Source: Gemmatimonadota bacterium (GTDB lineage: Bacteria; Gemmatimonadota; Gemmatimonadetes; Gemmatimonadales; GWC2-71-9). Taken from it: a DNA stretch of 12,687 nt. A program made the position numbers and the translations under genes. Shown in pieces: positions 7,937 through 12,687 of the stretch (positions are counted from its first letter, which is position 1; each line of letters starts with the position of its first letter). Location of the stretch: contig JAZDCZ010000262.1 of NCBI GenBank assembly GCA_036679605.1, forward strand, positions 1 to 12,687. The letters are read 5' to 3'. The notes beneath the pieces are model-generated. The model did no database searches and was not told where the DNA came from. It saw only the letters and a program-made list of their open reading frames with translations.

Positions 7937-8684
7937 CACAAACCCTTGCAACCACTGGTGAGCCGGCGGTCCATAGACCGCGGCGAGAAAGGTCGGCAAG
8001 GAAGTCTCGGACGAACGATTCCGAGACCTCCGCGCTACCGGCCGACTGTCCGTTCAAATGGTCGCCTACCTGCTGCCAAGTGGCGAAGCCTACACGCAAC
8101 TCCGAGCAAAGCTCGCGGTAACCCCGCTCCAAGGATCTAGCCTCCCGATTGCGCGCGAGCTTCTCCGACAAAGGGGCCCGCGCGAGTGCGTTTGCGAGAA
8201 CCTCGCCATTCTCGGGCGCCTCACGTGCAGGAGACCAGTGTTGAGCGAAAGGCTTCCCGGTGATGTAGACCAGCGACGGCGCCTTCGGGTACGGATCGCT
8301 GGAAGCGAGCTTGGCATGCAAGAGCGCGTACTTCTGGGCCTGCTCGATCCTCGTCTTTGCCTGAACCTTCAGTTCAACGAAGACCCGCTCGCGGAGCGAT
8401 TCAAGCTGGACATCGGCCTGAGTGAAGCTCGCGTCCTGCGCGTTCTGAACGTCTAGGGGCGCTCCGCGCACTGCAACGGCGCCTGTCAGCGAGAGAAGTG
8501 ATCGAGTCGCTGCTGGGGGTAGAGCGTAAAGCAGGATGTTGAATAGGAAGTTCAAGGGCACTTCTTGCGATCGAATCTTGCGGTAGAAGGCCGTGGTGCC
8601 GGGACCAAGGTGCTGCGGCTCCCAGCGGTAGTGTTCGACATATCGATAAACAAACTCGGGCCAGCTGTTTCGGTCGATGGGCAT
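7929..8684 (-). CDS. PD-(D/E)XK superfamily nuclease-like protein, 251 aa (first gene of cassette 3)
   Basis: The ATG lies 8 nt after the GTTAGGT core. Motifs are QEVPLN, TQADVQL, VFVELKV, QAQKY (QxxxY) and a C-terminal ATWQQV. Confidence 0.65.
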   Translation of the reverse strand: MPIDRNSWPEFVYRYVEHYRWEPQHLGPGTTAFYRKIRSQEVPLNFLFNILLYALPPAATRSLLSLTGAVAVRGAPLDVQNAQDASFTQADVQLESLRERVFVELKVQAKTRIEQAQKYALLHAKLASSDPYPKAPSLVYITGKPFAQHWSPAREAPENGEVLANALARAPLSEKLARNREARSLERGYRELCSELRVGFATWQQVGDHLNGQSAGSAEVSESFVRDFLADLSRRGLWTAGSPVVARVCGD

Positions 8685-8692
8685 GCGCCGCT

Positions 8693-8752
8693 ACCTAACC
8701 GCTTACCGATCAGCGGCCGGCGTAGCCGGTCCGCTGCATGCCGTTGTTAGAC
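8693..8752 (-). mobile_element. attC site 2, canonical 60-bp element
   Basis: The minus strand reads GTCTAAC-AACGG-CATGCAGCGGACCGGC-TAC-GCCGGCCGCTGATC-GGTAAGCG-GTTAGGT. It has RYYYAAC/GTTRRRY cores, and the HAD stop codon TAA lies inside R''. Confidence 0.92.
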
Positions 8753-9403
8753 CGCCACACGCCCGATGACAAGTCCAACAAGATCGCGCCAACTAGTGAC
8801 AGTCATTTGGTGCGCGGTAGTTTCCTTCTTCCCTGCATCGAATCGGAGGAACTCGACCCCAGCAGCCATCGCCATCTGCCGATCAGTATCAGTATCGCCA
8901 ACCATCAGAGAGGAGTCAGCGTCAGCCTGGAGAGGCCCGCAAATCAGATTAACCAACATGTCGGGATACGGCTTGGGTCGAGGGGCATCCCGATCCGTTA
9001 CGATAGCAACGATACAATCCTGAAGACCTTCACGAGTCAGTACCCTGTCAACATGCTGGCGCTGCGCCGTAGTCGCTATCCCAATATGACACAGACCAGC
9101 CAACCTCCGGATGCCCTCAGCGGCGCCCGAAAAGAGGGGGACTTTTGCCAACTCTGATTCCCATCGTGTATCCTTGGCCGCGCGAAGCTTCCTCTTGACT
9201 TCCGGCAAAAGACCCAGACCCTCAAACATCCGATTGCCCGAGTAGCCGCGGTACAGATTCCTCACCAAAGCCTCTTCGACCGCGTGTGGTACCGCAACAT
9301 CGCGCGCTGCACCTCTCCAGGCTTTCTCCTGTAAGGCCATGGAATCCACGATTACCCCGTCGTAGTCCAGGGCGACTGCCACTAATCCGTTCTTCGAATT
9401 CAC
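8747..9403 (-). CDS. HAD-superfamily phosphatase, subfamily IA (cassette 2)
   Basis: Motif I is ALDYDGVIVDS, motif II IATT, motif III RPKPYPD and motif IV MVGDTDTD. The GTG start overlaps the upstream stop (GTGA). Confidence 0.9.
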   Translation of the reverse strand: MNSKNGLVAVALDYDGVIVDSMALQEKAWRGAARDVAVPHAVEEALVRNLYRGYSGNRMFEGLGLLPEVKRKLRAAKDTRWESELAKVPLFSGAAEGIRRLAGLCHIGIATTAQRQHVDRVLTREGLQDCIVAIVTDRDAPRPKPYPDMLVNLICGPLQADADSSLMVGDTDTDRQMAMAAGVEFLRFDAGKKETTAHQMTVTSWRDLVGLVIGRVAV

Positions 9404-10086
9404 ACTTTTCCGGACGGGTCCCTTTGAGGGGCATCATGCCACGGGAGGAGACCTCGCTTGTCGGAGTCGAGGACGCTAATGTCAACCGCAAATACTGACG
9501 AAGGAGACCGGATCAGGCAGAAGGTCCTATGATCGATCCCCAATTGGGAGAGGTATTCACTAGCCTTCTTGATCGTTCCTCCCGTGTGGACCTCAGGGGT
9601 GACGAGTAGCACCCGCTTACCCGTGATCGCACCGGTCACAGATGTGGCTCCCGGGAGCGCCTCGACGAGAGAGACATCTAGTCTTTTTCCTTCCCACTTG
9701 AATGTCCGATTGACTACATAGACCAGCGGCTCCTCTCCCCGTTTAGCTGCGAGCATCTTTGCGATCATTCCTGCGATAATCGCGCCGCCAGGACCAAGCC
9801 CAATCACTAGGTCTGGGCCGAATTGTACCAGGCGATCAATGTTGGTTTGAAGCAGCCACGCCAAGAGGGTCCAGCGAACCGGGCGTAGACCAAGGACGGC
9901 TATGGTCGGCAGCACAGAAAGGAGCAAGGTTATTATGACTGTTGTCGGGCCACCCTCCACACCCGCTGCACTCGCGAGCCCCCAGAGGACACCGAAGACG
10001 GAAGCGGTGATGACAAATGCGCTGCTTGCCGTAGCAAGCCCCCCGGAGAACAAGTGGTTGAGCAGGTTTGCAATCTGACGCGTCAC
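9400..10086 (-). CDS. Two-TM N-terminus fused to a type I phosphoribosyltransferase-like domain with a variant PRPP-binding loop (cassette 2)
   Basis: Hydrophobic segments are AFVITASVFGVLWGLASAAG and VIITLLLSVLPTIAVLGL. PRT-like motifs are PDLVIGLGPGGAIIAGMIA, GKRVLLVTPEVHTGGTI and LLPW. Confidence 0.75.
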   Translation of the reverse strand: MTRQIANLLNHLFSGGLATASSAFVITASVFGVLWGLASAAGVEGGPTTVIITLLLSVLPTIAVLGLRPVRWTLLAWLLQTNIDRLVQFGPDLVIGLGPGGAIIAGMIAKMLAAKRGEEPLVYVVNRTFKWEGKRLDVSLVEALPGATSVTGAITGKRVLLVTPEVHTGGTIKKASEYLSQLGIDHRTFCLIRSPSSVFAVDISVLDSDKRGLLPWHDAPQRDPSGKV

Positions 10087-10127
10087 TCCACGAACCTCTT
10101 TTTTCTGATCCCTGCAATTCGTTGGCG

Positions 10128-10245
10128 GTCTAACGTTCAGGTTCAGCCGCCCAAAATCCGACGCGGATTTCTTGGTAAAGTGACGCGCAGCGACACAAAA
10201 AAGCGTGTAGCGGGTTTTGGGTCGGCCTGGAACCGCTTGTTAGGC
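10128..10245 (-). mobile_element. attC site 1, canonical 118-bp element
   Basis: The minus strand reads GCCTAAC-AAGCG-GTTCCAGGCCGACCCAAAACCCG...CGGATTTTGGGCGGCTGAAC-CTGAAC-GTTAGAC, with perfect consensus cores and a long imperfect hairpin. Confidence 0.93.
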
Positions 10246-10259
10246 CCAAAACCCACTAC

Positions 10260-11069
10260 TTAGCCAATTCGCTGGCGGCAATTTGCCGCACCACATTTGC
10301 AATCAAATGGTTTCGTAAATTTACCCTCTAAGATTGTATAGTCGATCGTTATTTCTTCGCCCTTCTTCAGTGTGCGTTTCGCATAGAGCCATCGATCAGA
10401 AAACTCTGCGTTTGGGCTACATGAGTGGTTTAGATTCCTAAGCGGATCTCGTGGTTCAACGATCTTCCCATCAAACGTTAGGGAAAATGCAGTTGGTTCG
10501 TTGACATACCTGCCTTCAAAATAGTGAATAATCTCAGATTCAAAAAAGTCCTTATCCGCGAGTACGCCGCTCCCATGTATCTGTTGACTAGTATTTACGA
10601 GCACTCTATTTCTTAACTCCACACAACCTTGGCGAATCCATACGTAACTATCAGCATTCGGCCGCTGTAAATCATCATCCATCCAGGAATAAAAGCCCTT
10701 AAGTATTTCTACTTTGTCCTTACCACCTCCCGATAACGTAAAACTGCCTCGATCTTTTCGATGTTCCGATGTTGCTGGTTCGTATATTGCTGCAAATACA
10801 TTTGCTTGTACTCTTCCGGTACATTTATAAACAATGCCGCCGTTCTTTTCTCCGTATTCTACAAACGCTGAAACTTTGCGCCCGAGCTGCCACAAATGCA
10901 CTGTTTCTTCGTGCAATCTACCTTCTTTAGCGAAATATGTCGTCCATGTTCCATTTAAGTCCTCTACAGGCATCCAGACTCGACGAACAACGCTGGCTAT
11001 TGCCTTTTGTAATTTCCAAAGGCGATAAGCCGCGCCCAGTGATTTAAGGGTAATTGAGTCTGACATCAT
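10260..11069 (-). CDS. SET + post-SET domain protein with an N-terminal beta-strand-rich (Cap15/S-2TMbeta-like) domain (cassette 1)
   Basis: SET motifs are IHGSGVLA, NLNHSCSPN and GEEITIDY, and the post-SET motif is CKCGAANC. The N-terminus has DLNGTW...DRGSFTL...LKGFYSW. It has a GAGGA RBS and is visibly AT-richer than its flanks. Confidence 0.8.
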   Translation of the reverse strand: MMSDSITLKSLGAAYRLWKLQKAIASVVRRVWMPVEDLNGTWTTYFAKEGRLHEETVHLWQLGRKVSAFVEYGEKNGGIVYKCTGRVQANVFAAIYEPATSEHRKDRGSFTLSGGGKDKVEILKGFYSWMDDDLQRPNADSYVWIRQGCVELRNRVLVNTSQQIHGSGVLADKDFFESEIIHYFEGRYVNEPTAFSLTFDGKIVEPRDPLRNLNHSCSPNAEFSDRWLYAKRTLKKGEEITIDYTILEGKFTKPFDCKCGAANCRQRIG

Positions 11070-11109
11070 GGTCCTCGTGGGTAATGACCTTTTCGATATG
11101 AATCATTGC

Positions 11110-11135
11110 GCCTAACCAAGTTCTGATCCGTCCCG
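11110..11135 (-). mobile_element. Putative attI site (core GTTAGGC at 11116-11110)
   Basis: The minus strand reads CGGGACGGATCAGAACTTG-GTTAGGC. It lies between the first cassette and the divergent intI remnant and has no attC-type hairpin. The core is complementary to the attC1 R'' GCCTAAC. Confidence 0.7.
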
Positions 11136-11232
11136 GCTCCGGTTATCACACGCATTGTCTCGGACCGGCGACACAAACCTGTCTATACTCCAACAACTTG
11201 GCTTGGCGCAAGGCAAGGGTGCTGAAGATGAT

Positions 11233-11415
11233 ATGCAGCGAGCTTATCCCTCCACGATGGAGCTGCGGCTGCTTGCCCAAGTGCGGGAGGACGATTCGTA
11301 CGAAGCGCTACAACCGACGCACCGAGAACACCTAGGTTCAATAGAATCGGCGGTTCATGTACTGCCACGGCAAACCTCATTCGACGTAGACGGTGAAGTC
11401 GAAGTCCGCGGCTAG
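11233..11415 (+). pseudogene. intI: Truncated integron integrase remnant (N-terminal SAM-like domain only), with 2 frameshifts and 3 internal stops
   Basis: Reconstruction: LRLLAQVRE / +1 at 11290 / TIRTKRYNRRTENT*VQ*NRRFMYCHGKPHST* / -1 near 11391 / GEVEVRG. This matches the IntI N-terminal consensus RLLDQVRE.IR.KHYS.RTE..Y..WIRRFI.FHGKRHP.EMG..EV..FL. It is divergent from the cassettes. Confidence 0.85.
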
Positions 11416-11448
11416 GCCGACGGTGTCGTCTGCGATTTCCGCCTGCAC

Positions 11449-11516
11449 AATTACGCAGGAATTACACAAACGCCCGCTAGCCTAGTCGCCGACTATCACC
11501 TAAGTATTTGATTTAC
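11449..11516. mobile_element. Putative genomic-island attachment end at the tRNA-Phe 3' side
   Basis: A direct repeat AATTACGCA/AATTACACA (11449-11457, 11460-11468) and the AT-rich TAAGTATTTGATTTAC (11501-11516) directly abut the tRNA 3' end. Confidence 0.45.
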
Positions 11517-11520
11517 AAGG

Positions 11521-11593
<73 letters not shown>

Positions 11594-11679
11594 ATGCAGG
11601 GGAAAACGCGGAACGTCATCATCTAGCTTCGCTCCGGCGGGGGGTCAAGCGGACCCGTGCACCTAATCCGCCCGCCCGC

Positions 11680-12066
11680 TTAGCCGACGAGCACCAGCTC
11701 GAGCCCTACGCGCTTCATCGTCCCGAAGTCGGAGTCACGAGAGAGAATCGGCACTCCGTGTGCGAGAGCGTAGGCCGCGATCAAAAGATCCAGCGATTTG
11801 ACCGTCGAGCCACGCCGTCCGAGATAGGAACCGAGATCTCCCGCTTCGTTCCACAGCGCGGACGGCTGTTCAAGGTTGTGACAGCCGTCCAGGAGGGGCA
11901 GTACCTTGGTCCGATCCTTACGAGATCGCAATCCGCGGCGCAGCTCGGTGACCACAGGCCCACACAAGGCGACTTCGTTCGTCTCGAGCAAGTCCGCCAC
12001 GATTCCGGCGAGTGGTTCCCGCCCGCGGAAGAAGTCGATCCAGGCGGAGGTGTCGACCAGAATCAT
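11680..12066 (-). CDS. vapC: PIN-domain toxin VapC
   Basis: Motifs are MILVDTSAWI, VVTEL.RG, SLDLLIAA and SRDSDF. It overlaps the antitoxin stop (ATGA). Confidence 0.93.
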   Translation of the reverse strand: MILVDTSAWIDFFRGREPLAGIVADLLETNEVALCGPVVTELRRGLRSRKDRTKVLPLLDGCHNLEQPSALWNEAGDLGSYLGRRGSTVKSLDLLIAAYALAHGVPILSRDSDFGTMKRVGLELVLVG

Positions 12067-12263
12067 CGCCGCGTTTTGCCGAGGTCGAGTTCGAAACGCA
12101 CCTTTCCACGAAGCGCTCGGAGCGCGGAGCGTTTGTCACTGCGCTCTATCTCCTTCAGGCCGGCAACAATGGTCGGTGTGATGCCGAGTCCCGTTATACG
12201 GGTGGCTTTCTCCAGCACGCGCTTCGGAACATTGACGGTTATCTTCTTGATCGGTTCTCCCAT
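12063..12263 (-). CDS. vapB: VapB-type antitoxin, ribbon-helix-helix-like
   Basis: It is a 66-aa basic ORF (KITVNVPKRVLEKA...LRGKVRFELDL) coupled upstream of vapC. Confidence 0.85.
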   Translation of the reverse strand: MGEPIKKITVNVPKRVLEKATRITGLGITPTIVAGLKEIERSDKRSALRALRGKVRFELDLGKTRR

Positions 12264-12269
12264 GGGAAC

Positions 12270-12298
12270 AGTATGAAGATATGGCTAGTTCTGGTCAA
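12270..12298 (-). promoter_or_regulatory. Sigma70-type promoter of vapBC
   Basis: TTGACC (12298-12293), 17-bp spacer, CATACT (12275-12270), then 6 nt before the vapB ATG. Confidence 0.6.
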
Positions 12299-12539
12299 TT
12301 ATATGGTCTCTCTCGGGAAGGCTACCAGTTGGAGCCCTGCGGTCGGCAGTGCTTGTTGCTGCCGACCGCAGGGCTCTAAACCGTTGCAAGTGCTAACGTC
12401 GCTCGCCTCGGTCGAAACCGTGAGTTTGGGATGACGAAACTCCGGCCCGTGCTTGCCGCTCGATCCGAGTCGGTTTCGATCTATCGAGGTTCCTGAATTG
12501 ACGTGACTAGCTCGGATTTTCTAAGCGCTTATTTTAGGG

Positions 12540-12686
12540 CTACCGTGCCAGCGCCTTGCACTTGGCCTCGACAAAGTCGATGACGTCGGCCTCGAGCTTG
12601 ACGCCGTCCAGCTCGTTGACCTCTTGAATGCCGGTCGGGCTGGTGACGTTCACCTCGGTGAGAAGGCCGCCGATGATATCGAGACC
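12540..12686 (-). CDS. gshB: Glutathione synthetase, C-terminal 48 aa (partial; not in the ORF track)
   Basis: GLDIIGGLLTEVNVTSPTGIQEVNELDGVKLEADVIDFVEAKCKALAR* contains the GshB signature GLD.IG..LTEVNVTSPTG. Confidence 0.9.
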   Translation of the reverse strand, partial: GLDIIGGLLTEVNVTSPTGIQEVNELDGVKLEADVIDFVEAKCKALAR

Positions 12687-12687
12687 G

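Noticed and set aside
3549..10245. Intergenic palindromes read as CRISPR repeats, REP elements or terminators
   Set aside because: They are not identical, are spaced by whole genes, lack U-tracts, and carry attC cores that match cassette starts.
11110..11150. Site at 11110-11116 as another attC
   Set aside because: There is no L''/L' hairpin upstream of the core, and its position next to a divergent intI fits attI.
11179..11194. Possible LexA box upstream of intI (CTGTCTATACTCCAAC)
   Set aside because: The right half does not match ACAG of the CTGT-N8-ACAG consensus, so it cannot be supported.
11155..11415. 86-aa ORF as a real protein
   Set aside because: It is a by-product of the frameshifted intI remnant. 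Only RLLAQVRE and GEVEVRG are in the ancestral frame.
11680..12263. vapBC as an integron cassette
   Set aside because: It lies beyond intI and the tRNA, with no flanking attC structure.

Overview
The window holds a decayed chromosomal integron next to a tRNA-Phe gene. It comprises a truncated, frameshifted integron-integrase (intI) remnant at about 11233-11415 (+), an attI-like core at 11110-11116, and a minus-strand array of about 8 gene cassettes (11115 down to about 2790) separated by attC sites that are intact near attI and degenerate further out. In order from attI, the cassettes encode: (1) a beta-barrel + SET/post-SET fusion; (2) a 2TM-PRTase-like protein + HAD phosphatase; (3) two coupled PD-(D/E)XK proteins; (4) a third PD-(D/E)XK-like protein; (5) a scrambled VOC-like remnant; (6) TcmP + DUF5131; (7) a protein with two HEPN motifs; (8) a DUF429 RNase H-like protein. 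The array converges on a type I restriction-modification hsdM-hsdS pair at the left. On the right lie tRNA-Phe(GAA), a vapBC toxin-antitoxin pair and the 3' end of gshB. The cargo looks strongly defence-like. The 2TM-PRTase/HAD cassette and the beta-barrel-SET cassette are the best candidates for undescribed anti-phage systems. All family assignments come from motif recognition by eye, not from database searches.
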